From: Octopus sinensis
Lineage: Eukaryota
Direction of reading: 5' to 3'
NCBI RefSeq assembly: GCF_006345805.1
Contig: NC_042997.1
Location: 68,076,001 to 68,140,000 of the forward strand
DNA length: 64,000 bases
The stretch's first letter is position 1. Every line of letters begins with the position of its first letter. Below, in pieces: positions 27,316 to 40,600 of the stretch. Both the position numbers and the translations under genes were made by a program. Below the pieces are notes generated by a model that saw only the letters and a program-made list of their open reading frames with translations, made no database searches and had not been told where the DNA came from.

Positions 27316-27887
27316 TTATGAATAAAATAATAATTTAACGTTTTTAGTATTTGTTTAACTACGTTCTTGATGTGAAATCGTGAATTGAAATGTGTATTTT
27401 GGGAGGGTCATTTCATAATCAATTACTTGATCAATTATTTGATAAACCAACTAATAGTTGAAACATATGCATGATGAAATAAGCAAGTGCATTTACCGCG
27501 AAAAAAATTACAACTATCAATCAATAACAACAACAATCAATCAATAATAAACAACACTATATTAAAGATTACATCAAAGACGAGTTCTAACTTGAGAGCA
27601 ATCCGGATATAAATTTGTATTACAGAAATGAAATAAGGCATAAGTCGACATCGGTTATCAATATATTTATTTCAAATGTTTATAAAATATTATTCGAGAG
27701 ATAAAAAACAGTTGAAAAGCAGTATTGATAGTGATCAATGTACAGACACTTTTGTCTTAATTGTTCTTTCTGCATTTAAGTATATATATATATCCAGTCT
27801 TAGGTAGCGTCATTGATCGTTCTGCATGAAAAGAAAAGCACGTTGTACCACGCGAAATCAAAAACATTCCTCTTCTCTCTTTCCTTT

Positions 27888-27955
<68 letters not shown>

Positions 27956-28232
27956 CGCACACACGCACACACACGCGCACCCCCACACACACACGCACGT
28001 GTCTCTGTGCGTGCCCACGCGTGTGTATTTTTTTATAACATGGTCGTCACTGTTATGGCTAAAGCAAGCAAAAAAGGCAATGGAAAAATTATGTGTGCTT
28101 GCCTATTTATAATTTCGTGTTCATTTATATACCTGTATAACATGTATATTATGTATATCTACTCTTCATAAACATGACCCTTTATACCTTGGGGTTCGGG
28201 TTCAACACATAAAAATTAATAAAATATTATCA

Positions 28233-28295
<63 letters not shown>

Positions 28296-28299
28296 ATTC

Positions 28300-28485
28300 T
28301 TACGATCGTTAAGTCGTGAGTTCAATTCGTGAGTTATGTCCTTGAGCAAGACTTTTATTTCACGTTACCCCAGTCCACTCGGCTGCCAAAAAATGAGCAG
28401 TACTTTTATTTCAAAGGGCCAGCCTTGTCAAACTTTGTCTCACCCTAAATCTCCCTGAGAACTACGTTAAGAGTACTCGTGTCTG
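28300..28485 (+). mobile_element. Degenerate SINE, family C body
   Basis: B-box-like gtgagttcaattc, then ccttgagcaagac...ccagtccactc...ccctgagaactacgttaag; a related decayed copy lies at about 48390-48600. Confidence 0.5.
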
Positions 28486-28834
28486 AAATATATATTTCAA
28501 AAATAAAGAAAGCACAAAGACGAGGTGAAAGAACAACGACCCTAGTGTATTAAGTTTGGGGCTCAGTGAAAATGGAAGAATTGTTTATTTCACTGCGCTT
28601 CAGCTGTTGTACGCTCCGGACTTCTCCTGTTGTCATTTGTTTCCCCTGGGTGTCTTGCCGGGGATTGAACTCAGAACCTTTAGTTGACTACACTGTACTT
28701 ACCAACGTCTTTATCCATTACGTTATGCTCGGTGGCTGACACCAATTGAATTTTTAAGGTTTTAAACCTTCAGTAATCTTATGTCGGTTTCATGCCGACT
28801 GGATAATAAAATATAGATTTGTAAAATGAAAGAA

Positions 28835-28874
28835 GTCTTTCACGTTTCGAGCCAGGCTCTTCTACACAAAGGAC
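28835..28874 (-). ncRNA. Degenerate minimal hammerhead motif
   Basis: Minus strand: gtccttt GTGTAGA A GAGC ctg GCTC GAAAC GTG aaagac. Confidence 0.4.
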
Positions 28875-29645
28875 AAATGAGAAAAAAATCAACGAGTCTA
28901 AGACATGCTGAAATAACTAGAACACGAAGTTGGCTTATAGCGTGGGTAGAAAGGGATACAACAGTGTTCTATATCTACTATAAACCTACATGTTCATCCC
29001 AGTTTGATCCCTGTCTATACTTACTTCTCTCTCGGATTCTCATCCCTTCAACTATTGCCATCTCAAGGACTACTTTACCACCAGACTTTACTCGCTTTAC
29101 CACTGGAACTCTATACTACTTGGAATCCCATTACCCTGGATCTTACTGTTGTGTATATATATATATATTGTACAATATGAGTGTGTGTATATGTGTGTGT
29201 TTATACACACACACACACACATATACCGCATGGTGAACAGGAAGTATCAATATAAATATATATGTATGTATATGTGCGTGTAAGTGTGTGTGTATGTATA
29301 AAATTGAAGAAATTGGAGTCAACAAGTTGTTAAATATTAACATTTACATAAGAATTACGATTGAAGATTTGGCTTCTATAAACTATACACATATTTACTA
29401 TATCTTTCGCGTTTATAAAAAGGGACATGGACACATACGCAGAACACAGACACAGACACACACAGACGCACAGACACTCGCGCGCACGCGTAACTTTTCA
29501 TCTGCCACCGATATTTCTGTCTTTTTAAGCACTACACATCTATATGGGATGCTCTCTCAAGAGGAGAAACGCACTTTTACAATATTCTTTCAATATAGCC
29601 AAGTTAAGTAGGATATAACTTCTATTGCTAAGATATATATAGATA

Positions 29646-30080
29646 CAGGGTCATTAAAAGCAAGTAGGCGTTAAAAATTGGTAATAAAATCCATATTTCT
29701 TTTACAAATTTATTGAAACAAATGATACATGTTCTTTATTACACGGGAAAATGAAAGTAAATCTTCATATTTCAACGTAAGCATCGGTGGCGTCAACCAG
29801 GGATGGAATGAACAATCTCCTGAAGGACGTTGTCTGGGATATCATTGAGAACCTCCTGAATCCGTTCTCAGTGTGCGAGGTTTTGTCTTGTACACCCCTT
29901 TTGTGTAACCTCACAGGTAAAAATTGCATGGAGTGAGATCTGGACTTCTTGGAGACCATTCATGAAGTCCGCACAGTCCCATCCAACGTCCTGGAAAACG
30001 TTGGTCTAATAACGCATGCACAGTAAGAACAAAATGGGGTGGTGCATCATCTTGAACAAATATCAGATCATGAATGTTAT
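29646..30080 (-). mobile_element. Tc1/mariner DD41D (rosa/Visitor-type) transposase 3' fragment with terminus
   Basis: FVQDDAPPHF...RFPGRWMG...WSPRSPDLTPCN, with 41 residues between catalytic positions; terminus ta|cagggt at 29644-29651. Confidence 0.7.
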
Positions 30081-30129
30081 CCAAGCCAATGTTATCCAAT
30101 CCTGAGTTGATACCTGCTCTTCTCTCCAT

Positions 30130-30680
30130 TCTCGCGAACTCATTTCACCCTTTCCTGATAGGCTTGTGACTGGTGACGAAAAATGCATCTTTTATCGAAA
30201 TGTTAAACGTCGTAAACAGTGGCTTGGTAAAAGGGAAAAAGCGCGACCACAACCGAGAAGGGAACTTCATGGAAAAAGGGTTCTTCTCTCTATCTGATGG
30301 GATTGCAAAGGAATAATTCACTTTGAATTGTTACCACCTAATGCAACAATCAATGCTCAAGTCTACTGTCAGCAGTTAGAGCGCTTGAACCAAGCTTTGA
30401 AGAAAAAAGACCTGCTTTATTGATTCGAAAAGGAGTGATGTTTCATCTGGACAATGCGCGACACCACACTGCAAAGATCACATCACAGAAGATCGAAGAG
30501 CTTGGTTGGGAAAAAAATTCCTCATCCACCTTATTCTCCCGCTCTTGCTCCTTCAGACTACCATTTGTTTCGTAGTTTACAGAATCATTTGGGGGACATA
30601 AATTTCGCAAGCCAGGAGGAGGTCGAAACTGACATTTCAGAGTTCTTCGCTTTGAAACCAAAAGAGTTTTACGTTGATGG
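30130..30680 (+). mobile_element. mariner DD34D transposase catalytic fragment
   Basis: LVTGDEKCIFY...WDCKGIIHFELL...DNARPH...HPPYSPALAPSDYHLFRSLQN. Confidence 0.9.
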
Positions 30681-31041
30681 TCAATTTCCTGTTCACTATG
30701 CGACATTTTCCATCTAACTACTGTCGCTAAAATACTAAAATACCGACATTAATACCGCGTTACCTTTCTCTACAAATCACAGGCTAACGTCCATTAATAA
30801 ACATTGACTCTCTTCAACTGATCTCTAATTCAGACTCTAATGGCCGAAGGCTAGCCACGCGCTTGAAACTCAGAGTACCAATGATTTTGAACCAAACAGT
30901 TTTGATCTATACATGTAATACAAGTAACTCACAATCAATGTGTTGAGTGCTCTTCTTACGTTTATATAATCACTCGTGTATGTATGTATATATATATACA
31001 CACACATATATATGTAGGTATATATGTATGTATGTATATGT

Positions 31042-31158
<117 letters not shown>

Positions 31159-31903
31159 GTATGTGTGTGTGTGTGTATTGAACTAAAAGGGATTAATAAA
31201 TCCAGGCAGATATCTATAAAGCACTTAGTGTTAAACGAATTTGGTTAACTGTATCAAACAATTATAAAATAAGGTAATTCTTTATGTATGACAGGTAAAT
31301 CCAAATATCGCTAAGAAGAATTTCAAGAAATTCAGAGAATAAGACAGCAAGAACAAGAACGGAGAAAAGCACATCTTAATTTGTGGTTATACCATGCATT
31401 ATTGACGATCTTCTATTGAGACAGCATATTTAGATACAGAAAAAAAAAGGTTTAAAATACCAGTCGTTTCAATATATCCGAAAATATATGCTAACGCAAT
31501 GTTATCAAGGCAATCTCAAATTGGTTAAATTCAAAGCAAACTGAGAAAAGATTTCTAGTAGACGAACGCATACAAAAAGTAACGCTAAGAAGTAATAGAA
31601 TATTCTAGGAAAAGTAGATAACGTCAGTAGATAACGAAAGAATAAAAAATAGACATAGAAATTCTACATCATAGCAATTAGTTATCAATCTTTGATATAT
31701 GCTAAAAATAAAGCTTTTAGAAAAATGTATGCATATTATATTATAGGAAAAGCAGTTATAACTAATAGGTTATTTCGTATTGAAATATTTGAATACTTAA
31801 CAATATTTATGAGAAACAGCAGAAACAGCACAGGTCGTCAGTACTTGAGGAAACTCGCGCGCGCGTGCACGCACTCAGACAGACAGACAGACAGACAGAC
31901 ACA

Positions 31904-31950
<47 letters not shown>

Positions 31951-32784
31951 TAATTTTCAGGTTGGGAACATCGACGAATAGTACAGAAGTTATGTACGAA
32001 TCGTACACAATCCTTCGCATTTTTAATTCTAATGTTTTAAATAAGTTCCCTGAAGCTATTTATTCGTGTAACCATAGATATTATTTAACTTTTAAGAGTA
32101 AATTTAAATTCAAACCCGCATAGTAACATTTTCTACAGTACCACAATTTATTGCCACTTGGTTATAATTAAAAAATAAAATTAAAAATTAAAAAAACTAC
32201 CAACTTCCCTCTTAATAATTTCCATAACACGTACGTTTCGTATATAAAACCTAAATTAATTAATACTTCCAAAACAATTAAACACATTTCTGGCGCAAGC
32301 ACTATTCTTCTCTTTTCCCCGATGACGGGGGCATTCCTTCGAAGTAAATCGTAAGATTCACATGTACTCTCGGAATGAAACGTTGAAACGATCGTAGGAA
32401 TACTTCTTTTCATTTAAGTATGGTACTAAAAAGACGCTTTTTGAAAATTTATTACTCCCTGCATTCCATAATTTTAAAACAAAATGTCTTTCTATATATA
32501 CATTTTATTATCCTCATCTATATCTTTATCTATACTCCATTATATTTATATATGTATATATTTATTTGTCCTTGCATATTTTTAACACTCATATATATTT
32601 TTATATTTCTATAACTCTATATTTTGAAAATATTAATATATGTTTTAGACAATTTTTTTTATTAAATCCGTAGATGTATACACCAATCGTAGTCTGCTTG
32701 AGTTGAACGTCTTCCCTGTATCTCTTGACCTTGTCTAGTGTCTCGGGTTTGACTCGAGCACTTCCATGCTTTCTATGATTTATA

Positions 32785-32958
32785 ATATACATGTGTGTGT
32801 GTATGTCTGTGTTTTTTCTCTGCTGTCATCGCTTGACAACTGATGCTTTATGTCCCCGTTTGTGTCCCCGTAACCTAGCGGCCAAAGTGAATACGTACTA
32901 GACTTACAAAGAATAAGTCCTGGGATTGATTTGTTCGAATAGAACCCTTTAAGACGGT
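32785..32958 (+). mobile_element. SINE family A core fragment
   Basis: gcttgacaactgatgc...cttacaaagaataagtcctggg...gatttg matches 52810-52925. Confidence 0.65.
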
Positions 32959-32959
32959 A

Positions 32960-35807
32960 CTACCACCGAACACGCCCCGCCGTCACCTGTCACCCGTTTC
33001 CATTCACCTACCCCCCACCACCCTACCTCTCCAACGCACCACTCACCCTGCCTTCTGGTGACTCCTGTCCGACCCCTCCCTTCCTTCAAACGAGCCCATA
33101 ACCTACGAGACCTCTTGGTCCACAGCTTCTTCCCTAACCCAGCCTCCTAGCCCGGCTCGCTCCCCTGCTCACGCCCACGCTGTCGCACTTGTCCTTACCT
33201 CCCCAACACCAGCCTCCTCACAGGCACCCATCATCGACCTTATCATATCACTGACTCCTTCACCTGCACTTCTAGCGATGTTATCTTCTCCAGCTCCTGC
33301 TCTCTCTCTGTCCTTATCTATACATCGGTCAAACGGGATGCCGCTTGGCTGACCGGTTCGCGGAACACCTCCGAGACATCAATCTCGGCAGTGACATCTC
33401 GGTCTCGCGCCATTTCCGCTCTACCGGTCACACCACATCACACCACATCACACCACCCCGCATACACTAGCACTGACCACTTCCTAGCACCTACGCCATC
33501 ATCCATACACCTAAACGTGCACACACGCACACGTCAATGTCACCAGCCCCCTTCCACAGGAACATACACACTCTCACAAACACATTCACGTGCACCTTCA
33601 TTTTGGTATCACCACTACTTTATTATCTTCCCTTTTTCGTAGCTCTCCTGTGTGACCCCTCTGTCCGGTATTTGCCATGATAGATCGTTAGCCAATAAAC
33701 CTTTTTCTATTTTCTCTCCCTATTTATTTTTGTGGTCCTTTCTGTCGAAGAGCGTAGGCTCGAAACGTAAAATACTTTCTCACTTCCCGAGCGTTAAACT
33801 AATACATCTGCTTGTTGTTTGCACACCTGTCTTCGGCTTTTGTTTTTTTTTTTGTAAATTCTCACTATATATTACACGCTCACGTGGTTGCTCCAGTTTT
33901 ATTCAGTCTCCACCTCCATTTCGAACTTTTCATGGATACTCTACCTGGATTTTCTTCTACTCTCCAACACTTCGGCTGCACCTCTCCTGCCCATGGATTA
34001 CACTATACTTCCTTTGATGAGAAATTTCTCCAATACACCACGACGTTTGAACCTTTTGAACTTTTCTAAACTTTTTTGTACTTTCTGCTTTTTCCTTTCG
34101 TTTCTCTCAATCTGCACTTGTTACCTTGCCTGTCTTTCAGCCCTTTCTTTTTCCCTTTTCTCTTCTCTTCTTCCTTTCTTTTTTCCTTCTTCCCCCTTCT
34201 TTCTCTCCTTGTTTTTATTTTTTCTTCTCCTCCCACGTCTTGTATTTTTTCTCCCCACATCTTTTGAATTTTTTCTTCCTCAAATCTTTATTTTCTTTCT
34301 CTCTCGTCCCTCTTTTTCCCTTTTTTCTCCTTTCTCTATTTTCTTCTCGCTTTTCAATCATGCCTGATTACAAACCTTTCCTTCCCCACCTTCAGCACCG
34401 TCTACAAAAACCACCTTTCCGCTGCTTTCAACCTTCTATTAACCTTTACCTTCTAATTTTCAAAAAGAAAAAACATGCTTCTACAGTCACATTTCCTTTC
34501 TCAGTCGCTGCCTTTGCTTCAACCATCCTACCTATATTCCATACTACATCCTACCGTCTTATGCGCGCCACCATTCGTTCTAATCTCTCCAACATACACA
34601 CCATCGATCACCTTTTCCCTCTGGCTCTTTCCGTCTTCTCCTCCCAGTTGCCCTCACATGGTAACACTACTTTACGTTACATAATTCATTTAAATCATCT
34701 CTTTCATCAATTTCTCGCTCACATCAATGTAAACTCCACTCACTCCTCCATTCAATCATACCCAATGCCACTACCCCAACTCCTCCCCTACCCCTCTCCC
34801 TCTCTGATACGCTCCCCCTACCCTTATCAAACCCCCGTCCCTCCCAAACCTCCATTCACATACCGGTCATCCCCTCCCTCCCAGCCTTCCACTAATCCAC
34901 CACCGCACCACCCCTCCTACTTCTGTCCCATCCAACCCATCTCCACTTCAGATCTTCCCATCACTGAGTCGGAGCGCTCCCTCCTCAATAGGGGTCTGCT
35001 CTTCATCCCCCTCATTCCATCAGCAACGAATTTCGGACTCGTGCCGATATCCACAGCTTTGTGCGCCGCGTTAGGTTGTGTGCGCTTTTCCGCAACACTC
35101 CATCTGCATCTAATGAAGGGGACTGCTTCACCGACATGGGCCGCCGACCATGCCAGTGGACGCCAGCTCCTGGCCAGTTCCAAGCAGTCGATCTTTTTGC
35201 GGGCGCCTGCCAGCGTGCTGTGGACCAGTTTGACTTTTCGAATCGTCCCCGACATCTGAACATCTCCCCGGCCGAACTCTCGGCCCTTCGATGTCTACGA
35301 CACCACACGGACATTTTCATAAAACCGGCTGACAAGGGTGGAGCGGTGGTGGTGAGGTGCGCGGACCTCTACAAGGCCGAATCATTCTGCCAACTTCAAG
35401 AACCTCCTTCTACTGCCCTCTGCCCTCCAACCCCACGCCCAATTACCAACAGACTGTGTCCTCCACTATCCATGACCTCATCTCCTCCTCCCGTCTCCCC
35501 CACCTCTTCTAACCTCATTGTCCGCAACCCTCGCACTCCCACAATTTACTTCCTCCCCCAAATCCACAAACCTAACAACCCTGGCCGCCCCATCGTCTCC
35601 GCCTGCAAATGCCCCTCCGAACTCATCTCCAGATATCTTGACCGTGTTCTTGCTCCCCTAGTGGCTTCCCTCCCCTTTCACATCCATAACAGCAACCATG
35701 CTCTTCGTTTGTTCAACTCTTTCTCCTTCCCTTTTGACCCCTCTAAACTTCTCTTCACTCTTGACATCAAGAGTCTATACACGGTGATCCCTCACCACGA
35801 AGGACTG
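32960..35807 (+). mobile_element. Penelope-like element, partial tandem: GIY-YIG 3' end, pLTR, then N-terminus and RT of the next unit (truncated)
   Basis: CSRPRCRTC...FTCTSSDVI...LYIGQTGCRLADRFAEHLRDI; pLTR at about 33650-33870; then IFIKPADKGGAVVV, IYFLPQIHKPNNPGRPIVS, LFTLDIKSLYTVIPH. Confidence 0.9.
33738..33773 (+). ncRNA. Minimal type I hammerhead motif in the PLE pLTR (A6 mutated to U)
   Basis: cttt CTGTCGA A GAGC gtag GCTC GAAAC GTA aaat. Confidence 0.55.
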
Positions 35808-36820
35808 TGTGATATATATGTACCTTCAAATATAAATACAACTAAAGAATGACAACCTTCGTTACCACCAAGATGCACCCTCGTTCCACTTGTTACAGTA
35901 CGCGGAACGGAAAGCACTATACTACGATGCAATCTGCGATGCACTTCACAACAATGCAACACTACCGTCGCACAAAGAATTCGTCCACCATGGAAGCCAA
36001 TGAACGCGTCATTTCGACAGCTAAACACCAGAAACCAAGTGGAAGAAAATACGGAAGCCAGCACATGCTACCTTTTCGGCACAGACACACTTTTCATCCC
36101 ATCCCGACGTACAGACCCTGCTTTGTCTACGAAATTTTGTACGTATATAAGACTGTTACATAGACTCTCAACAACTCTTTTTCTTCGCATGCATATCTTT
36201 ATTTTTCAACACGTCTGTGCTAGCTCAACTCTTTTCTCGACTCGATGCACGTCGAATGTTCACATGCTCTGCGCTCATGTTAGACATAATTTCCCTCTGT
36301 TAGATCCCTGTTTAATCACGTAATGAATGGAGAAAATTACCTGACTCGCGCATCACTCCAGCATGCTACACTGACGTTCTTGTTAACTTCAGAAATTAAC
36401 CACGACAACAGCGCCAGATACATTTCACTTCTGAAAAATCTTCAAGGCATTTCACACATTGCAATCCCGCAGGAAAATCTTCGATATCATAGATTGAGAA
36501 TACACTTACTCGCTCACCTGAGCTTATTTTACAGTGAACTTTGATACGTGCACTTGCACTCGTGTACACGCCCTCTCCCGCACGCACGCGCTAACTCATT
36601 TTCCGTACTACCCAATCACTGACTGCATATCTTGGCACGCAAAGCGACACTGCTATTCGGACTTATACGAATAGAAAATTGTCCCGTATAAACTTCAGTG
36701 ATCCTCTCTCGTGATATGCAAAAATTTTCCTCAGCCATGCATTTCTTTCCCTTACTCGGTCGTTCGTTTCCTTTTCTCGGAACCTCTGTGGAGAGGTTGT
36801 GATGTAGTGGCTTCTTGTAG

Positions 36821-36905
36821 GCATAGTGTGGATTCCATCCTCGACAGCCAAATTTCACTTAACAGTTCAACAGAACTTTTATCACGGTAAAATAATAGTT
36901 TTTCT
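36821..36905 (+). CDS. Candidate coding exon A of an unidentified host gene
   Basis: Acceptor cttcttgtag| and donor |gtgagt; open frame (G)IVWIPSSTAKFHLTVQQNFYHGKIIVF(L), ending in phase 2. Confidence 0.4.
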
Positions 36906-36989
36906 GTGAGTGACAGCAGTTACATTTGCCAGATGCCTTCGCTAAGCAGAATAATGTATTTGCCACTTGACCCTTCTAACCTCTACTAG

Positions 36990-37110
36990 GCCACCAAATG
37001 TTAGAATCGAAGTAAAAGGTACCACCAACGAAATCTATTGTTCTGAACAATATGTCTATCCTTCTGGCGGGATTTGGATAGTTATAAAAGCAAGAACTCC
37101 GTATGCCAAA
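36990..37110 (+). CDS. Candidate coding exon B
   Basis: Branch-like ttctaac, acceptor ctctactag|, donor aaa|gtaagt; 121 nt, open as PPNVRIEVKGTTNEIYCSEQYVYPSGGIWIVIKARTPYAK, phase 2 to 0. Confidence 0.5.
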
Positions 37111-37263
37111 GTAAGTTAGTGAGAACTGAGTCTGGCTGACCGGCTGAACAAAACGCTGTCTCTGAAGGAAAAGGCGCAAAAGGACAACTATGATAACTCA
37201 TCAATGAAGCAGTTGTTTTGTCCTACCATTCTCACTTTCACTAACTTTCTTTTCTCTTGATAG

Positions 37264-37304
37264 TGTAGAAGTGGCTGTCTGCCAGTAGAAAGGAAAAAAG
37301 CAAG
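37264..37304 (+). CDS. Candidate coding exon C
   Basis: cactaac, pyrimidine tract, tag|; donor aag|gtatgc; 41 nt, CRSGCLPVERKKA, phase 0 to 2. Confidence 0.45.
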
Positions 37305-37599
37305 GTATGCACGGTGCTGACTAGAAAGGACTATCGCAAACAGCAGTAGCTTTCATCAACTGAATACACATTACCATATCTCTCTATATATACTACTATG
37401 AGATCGTGTATACACATATACAGGCCGAAATAAACTTTCTTTACCTTGCATGTTTTACGAACTGTGTTATACTATTACACTAACCTACCCGTCAAGGTAT
37501 GGCATATATTAATGTAACGGTAAATAAATATTTCTTCGTTCATCTTTCGCATCTTACAACATGCCGTTACAATAACAACAACTGTTACACACACACACA

Positions 37600-37651
<52 letters not shown>

Positions 37652-40600
37652 ATATATATATATATATAATTATATGTCTATATATATATATGTTTATAAA
37701 TATTATGTATATAACATATATATATCATATATATAATATATAAATATTATATATGTATAAATATAATATATGTATAATATATACATACATACGTATAGTT
37801 ATACAGACATGTGCGTGCGTGTGTGCGTGTGTGTGTGTGTGCGTGTGTGTGTGCGTATGTGTGTGTGCGTGTGTGAGTTTGAGATGTATTCCCCAAATTA
37901 CTGAATAACGTGAATATTAGTGCATGATAAATATATAACTGTCCTCATTATACTGAATTGTTCACTTACGGTCTCATATGGATTCATTACACATACTTAC
38001 ACCCCCACACACGCACAACGTACACCCACGTTAACACACACAATACATACTTACATGCATATATACATACACAAATACATACATATATATGTGTGCGTGT
38101 GTTTGTATCGAGAATGAATGAAAGAGAGAGAAAGAGTAAAAAGCATATAATAAGGTTCAGTGTACAAACATAAGATTGAACCGACGACGGAGCCTATACA
38201 TTGTAGTCGATCGGATAGTAACTGCACCCTACAACCGTGCTTTACTTTGAACATGGTTTACTTTGAACATTTTTCACAAAATTTCGTATTTTAGAAGTTA
38301 GTTCGTGTTAAAGTTGTTGTATTTGGGCAATTTTAACCAATCAATGACGTGTATTCAGTTGATGAAAGCTACAACTTCCGGGCCATCTCTACTAAATGTC
38401 ACCACTGTACTATTCATGTTATCCTTTCTTCCTTTCTCGTCAGCATCATGCATTCCTTACTCTTTTCCTCTCAACTGGCAGACAGCAACTTTTACACTAT
38501 CAACTACCAACGAGCAAGCGAACTAGTCACTGCCACTGCAATTACTGTATTTTCAAGTGTATAAGCCGCTATTTTTTACCTGGAAAATTTAGTGTGCGGT
38601 TCATAGAAAGGTGCACCTAATATGTGTACTTTTTTATAAGTTTCAAGAGGAAAATATTTTGTGTATAGAGATCGACTGATTCCACTGATTTTTTCAGAGG
38701 AAAGATCGGTTGGTAAACAATGTGAAAAACTACGGCTACAGTACATTGGTGCCTGGAAGAAAACAAAGCATATTTGTTTTGTTTTTCCTTCTTGTTTTGA
38801 TAATGTTATTTTTAATCTAATGAAGACTTTTATATTGACGAAATGTGTCTGTTGTTGATTACAATAAGATAAAATCATAACAATAACAATACATCGCACA
38901 GTTGTAAAATAAGTCTTTTTGAAACTACAAGAAAAAAGCTAGCTGCGGACCTGTAGCTCTATAAGTCTTTTAAACACCGGTGCGTTTTATGTGTGGATAA
39001 AACCAAATTCGGCCCTGTGACTTAAATACCAATGTTTGGCAAACGAATAAATATATGTAAATAATATTTCTTCCTACTTGGTGTTGATTCTTCGATGTTT
39101 AATGGTTACTCCGACGCGAGAACCAAACAAAAAAAGAAAAAAGAAAAAAGAAAAAAGCGTGTAATACGCAACACAAACAGTAATCGAAATATTGACCTGC
39201 ATTTCATATCTTGTCGTTAGTGCCCTGTTTTGATTGGTAATTCATAACACGTAAGAGACGGTAACCGCCAAAGGTACTGTTCTAAGTTAGATATAGATGG
39301 ATACCAAAACTAAACAGGTATAGGATCACAAAATATACAATGGTTTGTCGTTGATAAGTTCCCCTCCTTCCATACTTACAATCTGGAAGGGCAAATTCTT
39401 GAACGTAGTTGAGTTAATTATTTACTCATAAATATAAAGCAAATACTGAATTGACTGGATTTAACTATTTGATTGGTGCATTCTTTTGGAAAAAACTGAT
39501 ATAAGATCTACTTCCAGCTGTAATTGTATTTCTCCAAAATGCAGCTCCAATCTTTTGCTACAATTGTGTCAAAAACAAAAATGGTCGATAATATATAACA
39601 GTCAATTGCCGATTGTCAGTTACATTCTATATTTCCAAGGTAGATTTCCTTCAAATGTACGCCATGAACTCTGCTTAAGCGAGAAGTTATTCATGTTATT
39701 TCAAAACAACAGTTTATTAAAATATCAACGATATTAGGTTATTGCTGACGGCTAGAAATACAATTGATGCAGTTATACGTATCCTTTTATTACCCTATTT
39801 ATTTTGAAATACACTGCTTTCACTTCAATTAATTTTGAAAATGATTAAGAATTTAATGAATTCTATTTTTATTTATCCGGTGTTTGGTACATAAATTAGT
39901 ATGAAATTTTGATGCAAGGCTTTCATTTAAACCGCTTTGAAACAGGACGTTTATATAGTGAACAAAGAGCGGTCTCATGCGGTTAAATTGATTAAAAATT
40001 CAGAACACTCTTACTTACATGAAACAGATTACCTCCTGTCTAAAATGTTTTAAATACACCTACACACTTGCAGCTATGCTATTGTCATGAGTTTTATATT
40101 TCTGAGTAAATAAACTTACTCTACACTCATTATATACCAATCATCAAGGTCTGTTTCTTAATCTACTGAAGATTGACGAATTCAGAATAATGATTTGTGA
40201 AGATTCAATGTTTGATAAATTATAGCCCTTTGCATTCAGACTTGAATACACTTCTTTCTACTTCTTGCCTGCACTGATATTTTTGAATGCCCCAACTCAC
40301 ACACATCATACTAAGTATTTGTGTTAGGTATTTTTGCTGAAGTAATGGATATATGTAGTATGGATTCAACCTTTTGACTGATATCTTATTGACTAAGCCA
40401 GTTGCGATTTTGTAAGATTAAACACAGGTGTTCAATCTTTTCATACCATTGGTCGATCATTCAAACCATGGCTATAACGTTGTCTCCGATTATATAAGCT
40501 TCGTTTACATTTAAGACAGCTGTATGAGGTTTGAAGAAAAATTAAATACAATGTTCGCACGTCGAAAAATTACGTAGAAGCTTTCTTGTTGGCTCGAAGG

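Noticed and set aside
31290-31620. Protein-like frame (EEFQEIQRIRQQEQERRK...NVIKAISNWLNSK) with stops
   Set aside because: Possibly an old transposase relic, but no motif I can identify.
35807-36160. Possible solo LTR (TG...CA) truncating the Penelope RT
   Set aside because: No matching TSD, PBS or second copy in the window.
39790-39990. piggyBac-like MITE relic
   Set aside because: Termini are too degraded to show TIRs or a TTAA duplication.
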